Positions 13,331 through 24,654 of a DNA stretch of 64,000 nt are shown here, piece after piece. A model generated the notes under the pieces. That model was not told the DNA's origin, ran no database searches, and was given only the letters and a program-made list of their open reading frames with translations. Numbering within the stretch: position 1 is the first letter of the stretch; every line of letters begins with the position of its first letter. Source of the stretch: Mobula hypostoma (taxonomy: Eukaryota); assembly GCF_963921235.1 (NCBI RefSeq), contig NC_086097.1, positions 223,016,001-223,080,000 of the forward strand, read 5' to 3'. The translations under genes and the position numbers were made by a program.

Positions 13331-14470
13331 GAGCCATCTCTCAGTGACTGTGAATGGTGGTACCAGCGTAATCTTTTATCAACTACTGGAGAAAAGCATA
13401 TTTTAAGAACAAGTTCTCAGACCCGACATAATACTCAGTTTTCCAGTTCTGAGCTAAAACATTTGATTCTGTTGCCACAGATGCTACTTGATCTATTGAG
13501 TATCTTCACCGTTTTCTATGTTATTTCAGATTTCTATTGTCTGCAGTTCATTACTTTTGGAAAGAAGCTCAGTATTTGTGTGTACATGTGTTTCAATATA
13601 CAGTGTTTAAGTGTGTATTCACATATATGAACATTTCTATGTTAATGAATGTATGCATGCATGTCTGTGCCTAGTTCTTTTTCTGTTGGAAATTAATGTG
13701 CCTTTTTATCTCTATTATTGATAAAATTGCCTCAATTGAGGTTGTGTCCACACATATTGATACAGCACTGTAATTGTTTTATTTATTGCAAGTGTACAAG
13801 TTAATAATTTTAAACATTTGTATTCCTTGTGCAGTGCAGCGTGGGGGTTGTTATATTTGGCTGAGAGGCAGCAGCACTTTAAACAGCTGCAGTTTGTTAA
13901 ATCAATGTCAAGGATTAGTTTACAATGTTCAGATTGATATTGTATACTGCCTTTCCCAAAACAAAACTGCACTGATATCACACAAAGAAAGAAAGCAAGC
14001 CAACTGAGAGAGACAAGGCAGGCAAAGGATTATCCCCAGTACCTTTATTCCATTGCAAGAAGACAAACAGTGTTTACAACTTTACTCAGAAGATAGTGGG
14101 AAAAGATCAGAAAGCATATCCGGACTTTAGTACTTAAAATGAATGAAGGTCTGAGATTAGGTAGAAGGCACAAGAGATTAGGAAACAAATGCAAGGCTGG
14201 TGTAACACAAAAGGAAATGATAATGGGTTGAGTAGAGAAAAATGGTCTAGAGAAGGTATGGATAAAACATATGCTAAATTAATAAGCCAAATGTTGATAT
14301 AGGTCTGTATTGATACACCTGTGTGATGAGATACTGTTCCTTAAATTTTCACTGAACTTCATTAACATATTGTTGAAGACACAGGACAGAGAGATCGGAT
14401 TGAGAAGCTGGAAATTCAATGATGATAAACAACTATAAGCTTGTGGATTAAAACAGAACTGTTTGCTTAC

Positions 14471-14522
14471 CCCATCACAGCAGTGAAGAAGAGACCTCAT
14501 TATAAGAACTGAGTTCAGTAAA
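14471..14522 (-). other. Candidate exon of an unidentified minus-strand transcript (LLNSVLIMRSLLHCCDG)
   Basis: Acceptor ttttgttctctttag and donor GG|GTAAGC in non-repeat sequence; one open frame (phase 2 to 0). No homology recognised. Confidence 0.25.
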
Positions 14523-15679
14523 CTAAAGAGAACAAAATATTTGTAAATTATTCTTTCACCTGGAACAATTCAAATCATTGGACAGTACAAAGGGAAAAGG
14601 TAACTATCATATGTTGCACATCATGTGGATGTTTGGAATAGTGAAAAAAACAGTAAAACTGATCTCATCAGAGTCTGGTCTCAGGAAGTGAGCAGAGAGT
14701 GACTGCCCCTGACTTCAATGAAACATTTGGCCAACCGTGCATCAAGAAGCCCTGAAACTGAAATCAATAGGCATGAAGTGGAAAACACTTCAATAGTTAG
14801 AAATGTACCTCGCACCAAGGAAGATTGTTGTGATTGTGGTCGTTGTCCCAGCTGTGTGACATTGCTGCAGAAGTTCCTCAGGAGAACGTCCTGGACTAGT
14901 GATCTTCCTTTGCTTCAGTAATATCTCTCCTATCATTGTAAAGTCAAAGGGGAAGGTGTTTGCTGATGATCGAGCAATGTTCAGTTCCATTTAAAACTCC
15001 TCAGCAAATAAAACTACCTACTCTATCATATTACAAGATCTAGACTACTCCAAGCAAAAACGTGGAGTGATAAATAACTTTTGTACCAGCCTATAACCCG
15101 CTCCAAGAAAAAACTGAAGTCTAAATACATGCCTTTGACAAAGGCAATACCATTGTCTAGACCCCCATCATCAATATCCTGTGATCACTTGATTAATGCA
15201 ACATACACCACTACAAACATCCATTTCTTGCACCATGGGTGTTCAGCAGCTGCAGCATGTACCCTCTACATAATGTGTTGTAGTCACACATCAGCAATTT
15301 ATTCCACAAAAATGCACTGAGGCTTCAGGTGCCAGGGATGGGTAATTAACGCTGGTCTTGTCAGTGCTGCCTAGATCCTGAAAAAATGGATAAATGTGCA
15401 AGAGAAAATGGATCAGCCAACAAAAACAGTCATTTTCTTTGCTCCTGAAACACTTGCCGAAAGAGTTCAGAAAATGATTTTTTAGGGTAATGAATTTCCC
15501 AGAAATAGAAAAAGGGTGCTGGTAAATGCATAGTGGAAGTACAGAAGTCAGAGTGAAAAATCATCTTTGCATGGGTGATGTATTACACCTAAATAAAGAC
15601 TATAACATTAGTCTCATGGAGGGATTAACTGTAAGGGTTTGTAAGGGTTCGAGTTGGTTGGTTTAATTGGCTATTCGGG

Positions 15680-16610
15680 GAATATAGATCCATAATTCCT
15701 TGAAAGTGGTTTCACAGGTAGGTGGAGTCGTAAAGAGAGCTTTCGGCACATTTGCCTTCATAAATCAGAGCACTGAGTGCGTTAGGTGGGATGTTAAGTT
15801 GAAGTTGTTTCAGATGTTGGTGAAGCTGTATTTGAAGTATGGTGTGCAGTATTGATCTACAGGAAGGATACTAATAAGCCTGAGAGAGTACAGAGTGAAT
15901 TTGCAAGTATGTTGCTAAGACTTGAAGACTTGAGTCATAGGGAAAGGTTGAATAGGAATAAAGTTCCTGGAGCGTATGAGACTGAGGGGCAGTATATATA
16001 GAAATACAGAACATAGAACATAGAAAATCTACAGTACGTTACAGGACCTTCGGCCCACAATGTTGTGCCGACCATGTAACCGACTCTAGAAGTTGCCTAG
16101 AATTTCCCTACTGCATAGCCCACTACTTTTCTAAGCTCCATGTACCTATCTAGGAGTCTCCTAAAAGAGCCTATTGTATCTGCCTCTACCACCTTCGCTG
16201 GCAGTGCATTCCACGCACCCACCACTCTCTGTGTGAAAAACTTACCTCTGACATCCCCCTTGTACCTACTTCCAAGCACCTTAAAACTATTCCCCCTCAT
16301 GTTAGCCATTTCAGCCCTGGGGAAAAGCCTCTGGCTATCCACGCGATCAATGCCTCTCATCATCTTATACACCTCTATCAGGTCACCTCTCATCCTCCAT
16401 TGCTCCAAGGAGAAAAGGCCCAGTTCACTCAACCTATTCTCAAAAGGTATGCTCCCCAATCCAGGGCAACATTCTTGTAAATCTCCTCTACACTCTCTAG
16501 ATAGGATAGGATAAATACATGCAAGTTTTCTCCCCTGAGGTTGGGTGTGACTAGAACTGGATGAAAGGTGAAATACTTAAGGGCAACCTGAGGGGGTAAA
16601 TACAAGATAT
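15680..16610 (+). mobile_element. Decayed CR1 ORF2 C-terminal fragment, host of the nested minus-strand CR1
   Basis: IHNSLKVVSQV...LVKLYLKYGVQY-like segments; continues after the insert. Confidence 0.65.
16000..16497 (-). mobile_element. Younger 5'-truncated CR1 3' end
   Basis: ORF 16097-16459 LGLFSLEQWRMRGDLIEVYK...FFTQRVVGAWNALP; TTCTATG-type tail at about 16000-16027. Confidence 0.9.
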
Positions 16611-17133
16611 TCTTCAGATATTGGAAATCCAGAGAAACACACCAAATGCTGGAGGAACTCAGCAGGGTAGGCAGCATTTATGGAAAGGAATAAAAAGTCA
16701 ATGTTTTGGGCTGAGTTCCTTTGTCAAGACTGGAAAGGAAAGTGGAATAAACCAGAATAAGAAGGTGGGGGGGAGGGGAAGGGGTATAAACTAGAAGGTG
16801 AGAAGTGAAGCCAGGTGAGGGGGAAGGTAGTTGCTTAGGTGAGGGGTGGATGAAGTTAGAAGGTGGGGGGTGATAGGTGGAAAAGTCAAAGGGCTGTAGA
16901 AAAAGGAATCTGAAAGGAGAAGAGAGTGGATCATGGGAGAAAGTGATGGAAGAGTGGAGGTAACAGGCAAGTAAGGATAAGAGGGGAACCAGAATGTGGA
17001 ATGGAAAAAGAGGAGGGGGCGAGGGAAGGAATTACCATAAGTTAGAGAAATCAATGTTCATGCTGTCAGGTTTGAAGCTACCTAGACAGAACATGAGGTG
17101 TTGCTCCTCCAACCTGACAGTGTCCTTACCATG

Positions 17134-17333
17134 TAACACACATCAAAGTTGCTGGTGAACGCAGCGGGCCAGGCAGCATCTCTAGGAAGAGGTACAGTCG
17201 ACGTTTCAGGCCGAGACCCTTCGTCAGGACTCAGGTACCTCTTCCTAGAGATGCTGCCTGGCCTGCTGCATTCACCAGCAACTTTGATGTGTGTTGCTTG
17301 AATTTCCAGCATCTGCAGAATTCCTGTTGTTTT
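17134..17333. mobile_element. Young Penelope terminal-repeat fold-back insertion with 15-bp TSD
   Basis: TSD AGTGTCCTTACCATG at 17119-17133 and 17334-17348; 61-bp inverted arms 17135-17195 and 17235-17295 (2 mismatches) around a hammerhead motif. Confidence 0.9.
17196..17231 (-). ncRNA. Minimal type I hammerhead ribozyme motif (Penelope-associated)
   Basis: Minus strand reads AGUC-CUGACGA-A-GGGU(CUCG)GCCU-GAAAC-GUC-GACU: stem I AGUC/GACU, CUGANGA box, stem II, GAAAC box and GUC cleavage triplet. Confidence 0.75.
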
Positions 17334-17914
17334 AGTGTCCTTACCATGGCAGTAGAGGAGGCCATGGATCAACATGTCAGAATGAGAATGGGGATTGGAA
17401 TTAAAATGGTTAGCCACTGGGAAATCCTGGTTCTTCGCAGACAGCACGAAGGTGCTCAACAGAGCAATCGCCCAATCTATGTTAGGTCTGACTGATGTAG
17501 CGGAGGCCGCACTGGGAACATCCTTTCCTGACAGACCCACAGATGAAGTGCTGTCACACCTGGAAGGACTGTTTCCGTCCTTGAATGGTAGTGAGGGAGG
17601 GAGGAGGTAAAGGTGAATGGGCAGGTGTAGCACTTCTGCTTTTGGAGATAAACTCCAGGAGGAAGATCGATGAGAAGGGACAAATGAATCACCAAAGGAG
17701 CAAACCCTGTGGAAAGCAGAGAGTGGAATAGGTAAAGATGTATTTGGTGGTAGGACCCCACTGAACATGGCAGATGTTGTGGAGAATAATTTGTTGGATA
17801 CAGATGTTCATGGGGTGGTCAATGAAGAGAAGAGGAACTCCACCCATGTTAAGGTGGTGGAAAGATAGGGTGAGGGTGGTCATCCGGGAAATAGAGGAGA
17901 TGCGGGTGAAGGCT

Positions 17915-18120
17915 CTCAGAGTGTGGAACAAATTGCCAGTGGAAATGATGGATGCGAGTTCAACTGCAACATATAAGAAATATTTGGACAGGTTCACAGA
18001 TGAGAAGGGTATGGAGGACTATGGTCTGGGTGAGGGTAGATGGGACTAGAAAACAGGTCAGCACAGATTAAATGGGCTGAGAGTCTTGTTTCTGTATGGT
18101 AGGGCTCTATGACTCTATGA
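17915..18120 (+). mobile_element. CR1 3' end fragment
   Basis: RVWNKLPVEMMDA...YLDRF; CTCTATGA repeat tail. Confidence 0.75.
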
Positions 18121-18519
18121 GAATAAATGCAAATATGCATAAAATGCAGAAATCAAAGATGCAGACAGAGACGTATTTCAGAAAAAAAATAGGATTACTC
18201 CAAAGCTTTGGAGATCAAGCTAGAAATTGCTGCAGGAATGAATGATATGCTTGCATTCAAGGAAATATGGTTCAAACATGGCCTGGATTTAGCTCATTTA
18301 AAAAAATTGGTGATGATAGAAAACAGTGGAGATGTTATATTTTGGAAGTTTTTTAAGAGATGCAGAAATAAGATTGCTGTGAAAGTTTGCCCACATATTT
18401 CAATTTTTAAACAAAAATATGGTTTATTAGGCATGTTTACTTACTAATACATCCTGATAAGTGAAAAAAGCTGGAACAAAAATCAGTCAGGAAGTGTCGC
18501 TTGATCCTGGTAATTAACA

Positions 18520-18741
18520 AGACATTGATGGATTGCACTCCATAGTTCACCCAGTGATGTGTTTCTGGTTTCTGGTCGCTCTTTTTTTGTCGCTGTTTGC
18601 ACAATTTGGTTTTTGCACATTGGGGAAGGGGGGGTTGATGTTCTTCTTTGAACGGGTTCCATGGTTTTTCTTTTTATCGTGGCTGTCTGAGGGGTTGTAC
18701 ACTGTGTACATACTTTGATAATAAATTGTACATCGAACTTT
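18520..18741 (+). repeat. Non-coding repeat ending in a Rex1-like 3' tail
   Basis: 3' end GGGTTGTA...TACATACTTTGATAATAAATTGTAC resembles the reverse complement of the Rex1 terminus at about 1250-1300. Confidence 0.5.
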
Positions 18742-19699
18742 AGACAACCAACAACTAACTCTTCCCTCAGCAGCCACAGGTTCACTTGCTGGATGGTGCT
18801 CAGTGGGCCCTGCCCTTTGGCTCCAATGACCACCATAGTCTGCATGCTCGGGTGGCTCGCCACGTATACGGCATCAGCCTTGTCCTTCTTGGAATACCTA
18901 CTCCACAGCAGAGGATCTTTACACATGTACTCCATGCTTCCCTGTCAGTGAGTCCACTGTCACCTGAATACACAACGGGCAGGTTTTCTTGCCTTTTATA
19001 TTTCACAGATAGCAAACTTTAAAACTCTGCAACTTCAGATGCTTGGAAAACATGAGCCAGATTTCACAACAGTAGAACTGATACAAGTTTTTCTGGGAAT
19101 CTATGTATAATAAATCCACCAGTTCCCCTTTATGCAAAGTGTGTTAATTCTTCAAAGAATTTCCATAAACTAGCTAAATATGATTATAACACCACATCAA
19201 CTTTGCCTGACTACTTTGAATTTTTTGAAGTGAATTCCATTAATGTCTTTAAGAATTGTTTGTAACATTTTCCCCAATGACAAGCTAACTAGACTGCAGT
19301 TTCCTGCTCTCTGTAAACTTTTGTTATTTTCCAATCTAATGCAACTTCCTCAAAATTTGGGGAATTTTGGAAAGTTATGCATCAATATAGTCACTTCTTC
19401 GAGGACACTATAATGAGGTTCATCAGCATCAGAAGTATCAGGTCACAGTTTACTCAGGACCACTTCCTTGATGATTGTAACTTTTCTGAGTTTCTACCTC
19501 CATTGTAATTCTTAATTGTATAGCTACTTTTGGGATGTTACCTGTATTCTCCAAAGTGAACAAAAATGCACAATACCATTTCATTCACCTACCATTTTCT
19601 ATTATTAAATCCACAAACTCATCTATTTTCACTTTGTCAGCACTTTTTAAATATTTGTAGAAACTCTCATTATTTTATATTTATACCTTTTTCTATATT

Positions 19700-20925
19700 T
19701 CAGAATCAGAATCATTCAATATCACTGGCATACATCGTGAAATTTGTTAACTTTGCCGCATCAGTACAATACAATACTTGATAAATATGGGCGGAAAACT
19801 GAATTACAGTAGGTATATACATGTATATTAAAAAGTTAATATTTCGGAAAGATGTATTTCAAACTTTTTTCTGTACTTTTCAATGTTAGTTTTAAGCCCA
19901 ATTCTTTGACTGCCATGCTTGGTATTGTCGAGGATAGTGCAACAAAACTGAAGCCATCTAATTTGCGGGTATTGGCCTTTTTGTCCCTTATGGCCAGGGG
20001 GGTGATCTTGCTCAAGTGGAAGGAGGCTGCCCCGCCCACTCATGTTCAATGGCTATCTGATGTTATGTTATGCCTTGATCTAGAGAAGATTTGTTGTTTG
20101 ATTTCTGATTCTAAACATGATTTTCTAATGTTATGGGGACCCTTTCTGAGTTATTTTCATAATCTTTGAACTGTTATTAAAGTATGGATCTAAACCATTA
20201 TTATTATAATATTTTATGGTAAGGTATCTTTTTTTTTCTTCTCTTTTTTTTACCAACCAGCTCATTTTGGTAGTGGGGGTAGATATTTTTAAAATAAAAT
20301 ACAATTATTTTATTTCATTTCACTTCATAATTCAATCTTTTTTTTGACATGATTGATTTGGAATATGGGATACTTTGATCATATTACTGTGATTTAAATG
20401 TAATGTAATTCATATTACTTACTTGTATCCTTATGAATTTTTTATTTGTATTTATGCAATTTATATAATAATAATAATAAAAATATTGAAATAGAAAAGT
20501 TAAGTAAGTAATGCAAAAACAGAATTTTTTTAAAAAGCAGTGAGGTCGTGTTCATGGGTTCAATGTCCTTTTAGAAATTAGATGGCAGAGGGGAAGAAAC
20601 TGTTCCTGAATTACTGAGTGTGTGCCTTCAGGCTTCTGTACCTCCTTCCTGATGGTAACAATGAGAAGGGGGCATATCCTGGATGGTGGCGGTACTTAAT
20701 GATTGAAGCTGCTTTTCGAGGCACCGCTTGTTGAAGATGTCCTGGATACTACAGAGGCTAGTACCCATGATGGAGCTGACCAATTTTACAGCTCTCTGCA
20801 GTTTACTTTGATCCTGTGTAGTAGCTCGCCCATATCAGACGGTGAGGCAGCCAGTCAGATGCTCTCCATGGTACATATGTAGAAGTTTGAGTGTTTTAGG
20901 TGACAAACCAAATCTCCTCAAACTC
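19700..20925 (-). mobile_element. Rex1/Babar 3' portion, interrupted by an L1 fragment
   Basis: TCAGAA-repeat tail at about 19700; antisense RT C-terminus at 20540-20925, similar to 1560-1920. Confidence 0.7.
19840..20494 (+). mobile_element. 5'-truncated L1/Tx1 3' end (ORF2 C-terminus, 3' UTR, A-rich tail)
   Basis: ORF 19852-20169 ILLKWKEAAPPTHVQWL...LEKI...WGPFLSYF; AAT/A-rich tail; probable TSD AAAAGTTAA at 19831-19839 and 20495-20503. Confidence 0.8.
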
Positions 20926-21234
20926 ACAAATGACAAGTCCTCCAAAAAAATGTTTTCTTTTTCATTTGTATATATCCATTCCTTAACCCAATTTGCCAGA
21001 TCACTTTACCTAGTTCTGCTTCCATAATTGTCTTTTAAGTTCAAAATACTAAACTTTGCCCTATTCTTTTCTCCATCAAGCTGAATGTAACATTGAAAAA
21101 TGTTATAATCATTGCTGGTTAGGGTTCCCTTAATGATAAGATCATTACTGAATGCGATCTCATTGCACAATACTGGGTTCAGTAGAACCTACACTCTGGT
21201 TGGCTCCAGAAAGTACTGTATTAAGGAACTATCC

Positions 21235-21630
21235 CTAAACACAGGCAGGAAGCAAAGAGTGGGAATAAAGGGGCCTTTTTCTGGTTGGCTGTAGTGACTG
21301 CTGGTGTTCTGCGGGAGTCGGTGTTGGGACCACTGCTTTTCGTGTTATATGTCAAAGATTTGAATGACAGAGTTGGAGAGGGTCCAGAAGAGGTCCACCA
21401 GAATGATTCCAGGAATTAAAGGGCAAGCATATGAGAAGAGTTTGATGGCATTGGGCCTGTACTCACTGGAGTTTAGAAGAATGAGGGGGGATCTCATTGA
21501 AACCTATCGAATATTGAAAAGCCTACATAGGTTGGATGTGAAGAACATGTTTCCTATAGTGGCTCAGTCTAGGACCAGAAGCACAGCCTCAGAATAGAGG
21601 AACATCCATTTATGAGGAGGAATTTCTTTA
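21235..21630 (+). mobile_element. CR1 ORF2 fragments with internal deletion
   Basis: GRKQRVGIKGPFSGW followed by LERVQKRSTRMIPG...LGLYSLEFRRMRGDLIETY. Confidence 0.8.
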
Positions 21631-22309
21631 GCCTTAGGACATTGTGATCTCAATTTATTACGGTCTCTTCACTTGAATAATTAGCATTAGCTTTCAAAAT
21701 GTTTTAAGCTTTGCACTAGCAGTGGAGCGAATGGAAATGCATAAAATTTGGCAGTAGTTCAAAAGAATTTAATGCCTAAAGATAACAGACTACAAACGTG
21801 GCCAAATACTTTTCCAGTCCCGTTAAAGCTTACAAATAAATGTCAAACAATTCTGTCTACTTGAAAGGAAACAAATTCAGGGTTATGTGAAAAGGACAAG
21901 TGAGTGGGATTGATCGAGTTACATTTCTTTGCCTTTTTCCTTCCCCTATATTATTTTACTTCTTAAATATTTATCCTCTCATTTTTAAAACATGTTATGG
22001 ATTCTACTTTCAAATTGTTATGTTTTAGTATAAGTCAACTCCTACCAGTGGGAAGATGTGAATTCAAAATTCATAAACCCTAATTATTTGGCTACTTAAA
22101 GTTACTATAAAAATGCTATAAAAATCTCAAATTCAAAACTTCCGAAGAGAAGTAAACTTGCTTCCATACCCTAATACTAGCTAGCTGAGTACTGCAAGGA
22201 ATATGTTGCAAAAGCTATTCAGTTGTAAAGTTAGATACCAACACTGAAGAGTAATGAGTTCTACAACTCACTGTTTCAAGACTTACATGTGAGTTTCAGG
22301 TTTTAAAAA

Positions 22310-22560
22310 AATGGATGTGGCAGTTGATAATCCCAAAGTAGTAGGCCAGATCCCAAACAATGATGAGACAGAGTATAGGAAGGAGACAGAGAGCCTAGTG
22401 ACATGATATCAAACAATAACCTTTACCTCAATGGCAGTAAAACAGAACAGCTGTTCATTGACTTCAGGGAGTGGGGAGAAGTCTAAGTCCCTGTGCTGAG
22501 ATGGAGACAGTTGAGAACTTCAAGTTCCAAGGTATACAGTAAATATCACCAATAGCTTGT
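22310..22560 (+). mobile_element. Decayed Rex1 RT fragment
   Basis: NNDETEYRKE...SKTEQLFIDFR...VENFKF motifs. Confidence 0.6.
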
Positions 22561-22661
22561 CACCTTTCTTTCTCATGTATATTAATAATTCAAATGAGAA
22601 TCCCTATGGCACACCACGGGCTACAGGCCTCCAATCTGAAAAACCACTCTCCACCTTCACC

Positions 22662-22789
22662 TTACTAGCTTACTAGCTCTTCTTTCAATTAGTCCTGACG
22701 AAGGGTCTCGGCCCGAAACATTGACTGTACCTCTTCCTAGAGATGCTGCCTGGCCTGCTGCGTTCACCAGCAACTTTGATGTGTGTTGT
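22662..22789 (+). mobile_element. Short Penelope terminal-repeat insertion with 12-bp TSD
   Basis: TSD TCCACCTTCACC at 22650-22661 and 22790-22801; TTACTAGC duplicated at the 5' junction; same repeat family as 17134. Confidence 0.85.
22691..22726 (+). ncRNA. Hammerhead motif copy with mutated cleavage triplet
   Basis: AGTC-CTGACGA-A-GGGT(CTCG)GCCC-GAAAC-ATT-GACT; GTC to ATT is consistent with CpG decay. Confidence 0.6.
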
Positions 22790-22840
22790 TCCACCTTCAC
22801 CCTATGATTCCTTCCACCAAACCAATTTTATATGCAATTG

Positions 22841-22978
22841 AACAACAGGAATTCTGCAGATGCTGGAAATTCAAGCAACACACATCAAAGTTGCTGGTGA
22901 ACGCAGCAGGCCAGGCAGCATCTCTAGGAAGAGGTACAGTCGATGTTTCGGCACACCAGCAACTTTGATGTGTGTTGC
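22841..22978 (-). mobile_element. Short Penelope terminal-repeat insertion with partial inversion and 13-bp TSD
   Basis: TSD TTATATGCAATTG at 22828-22840 and 22979-22991; 22954-22978 is an inverted copy of an internal segment. Confidence 0.85.
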
Positions 22979-23404
22979 TTATATGCAATTGGCTAGTTTA
23001 CCTTGGATCCCTTGTGATCTAATTTCCTAGACCAGGCTATCGTGTCAATGGCCTTGCTAAGGTTCAGGCAGACAACGTCTACAAGCCCTGTCCTCAACAA
23101 GCAATTGTGGCCTCAGCATGCAGCATTGATCTCTGTAGCGTCTTCCTACTTTCTTACTGACAATTTGAAAATATTCCATTTATCCAGTCATCCTTATGTT
23201 GTGTAGTAACCTTTTATGTGGTACTTTACGCTACAGATCCTCCAAAAGAACCACAACCTTGTTGCAGGGCTTGGAGGTCAATGACCCAGAGAGCTATGTA
23301 AGCTAGAGTCAGAGCCTTGTGCTTTAGCTCTTTGGTCAAACAGGTCAAACGGTAGAGGCCAGTCCAACAGTGGTCCACCATTCCTCTAGGTTCTGAGGTG
23401 CAGC

Positions 23405-24063
23405 TCAGGGCAGCTGCGCAGGTTGACTCTGTGGTTAAGAAGGCGTACGGTGTATTGGCCTTCATTGATCGTTAGATTGAGTTTAGGAGCAGAGAGGTAA
23501 TGTTACAACTATATACAACCCTGGTCAGACCCCAGTTGGGCGTACTGTGCTCAGTTCTGGTCACCTCACTGCAGGAAGGATGTGGAAACTATAGAAAGTG
23601 TGCAGAGGGGATTTACAAGGATGTTGCCTGGATTGGGGAGCACGCCTTATAGGTTAAGTGAACTTGGCCTTTTCTCCTTGGAGCAACGGAGGATGAGAGG
23701 TGACCTGATAGAGGTGTATAAGATGATGAGAGGCATTGATCGTGTGGATAGTCAGAGGTTTTTCCCCAGGCTATCATGAGAGTGCAGAGTTTTAAGATTC
23801 TTGGAAGTAGGCACAGAGGAGATGTCAGGAGTACGTTTTTTTTTTACGCAGAGAGTGGTGAGTGCATGGAATGGGCTGCCGGTGATGGTGGTGGAGGTGG
23901 GTATGATAGGGTCTTTTAAGAGACTCCTGGATAGGTACATGGAGCTCAGAAAAATAGAGGGCTATGAGTAACTCTAGGTAATTTCTAAAGTAAGTTCATG
24001 TTCAGCACAGCATTGCAGGCCGAAGGGCCTATATTGTGCTGTAGTTCTTCTATGTTTCTATGT
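23405..24063 (+). mobile_element. CR1 3' end
   Basis: ORF 23582-23779 LGLFSLEQRRMRGDLIEVYK; TTCTATG tail. Confidence 0.9.
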
Positions 24064-24654
24064 GTACCTTTATTCACACAGTTTGTTATATTTACAAAAA
24101 ACTTTAGTCATTTGTCAAATATGATTCTCCCTTTCATAAGACAGTTGACTCTTCTAGTTCGGCTTCTGATTATCTGAATGTCCTATTACCTCCTAATTTA
24201 TAGATTTCAGCAGCATACTGGTGCCAGATACTAAGCTAACTGGCCACAGTTTCTGCTTTCTGGCTCTCCTCTTTCTTGAATACTGGCATTACAGGTTCAA
24301 ATTGGAGCTATCGTTTAGAGCCGCTTGTTTTCGATCTCATCTGTATGAGGACTTAGAATTTCATTGAACAATAGCTGTTCAAAACCCCAAACCCCTGACT
24401 CACAGCCATTAATATAGACTTCTTGCACATGCTGAGATTAAATTTTGTTTAGGATAGCCCCTTACAAAGAGACTCTTGGCCCATTTCAAACCGTTCTTGC
24501 TGCTTCTTCCAGAAAGGCCTAATTCCCTCATTGACAGCTTCATCAAGTTCATGTCAGCTCTACGTGTGTACACTTACTGTAGGCCTGCTCAGAAGGGATT
24601 GCCAGGATCATCTATAAACAGGAAATCACCATCGTCATCAAGAGAGAAGTCGGG

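Larger units (their letters stand above)
16630..17910 (-). mobile_element. Penelope-like element (GIY-YIG endonuclease region + 3' terminal repeat), decayed
   Basis: KCYTCP, FPVANHFNSNPHSHSDMLIHGLLYC and RLEEQHL...MNIDFSNL motifs; purine-rich 3' UTR on the + strand; degenerate hammerhead at about 16696-16731. Confidence 0.8.

Noticed and set aside
17082..17768. 228-aa minus-strand ORF as a novel gene
   Set aside because: Chimeric read-through of a frameshifted Penelope relic and the nested fold-back insert.
22662..22991. Repeated roughly 60-bp units as a CRISPR-like array
   Set aside because: They are dispersed, inverted, TSD-flanked Penelope termini with no repeat-spacer periodicity, in eukaryotic DNA.
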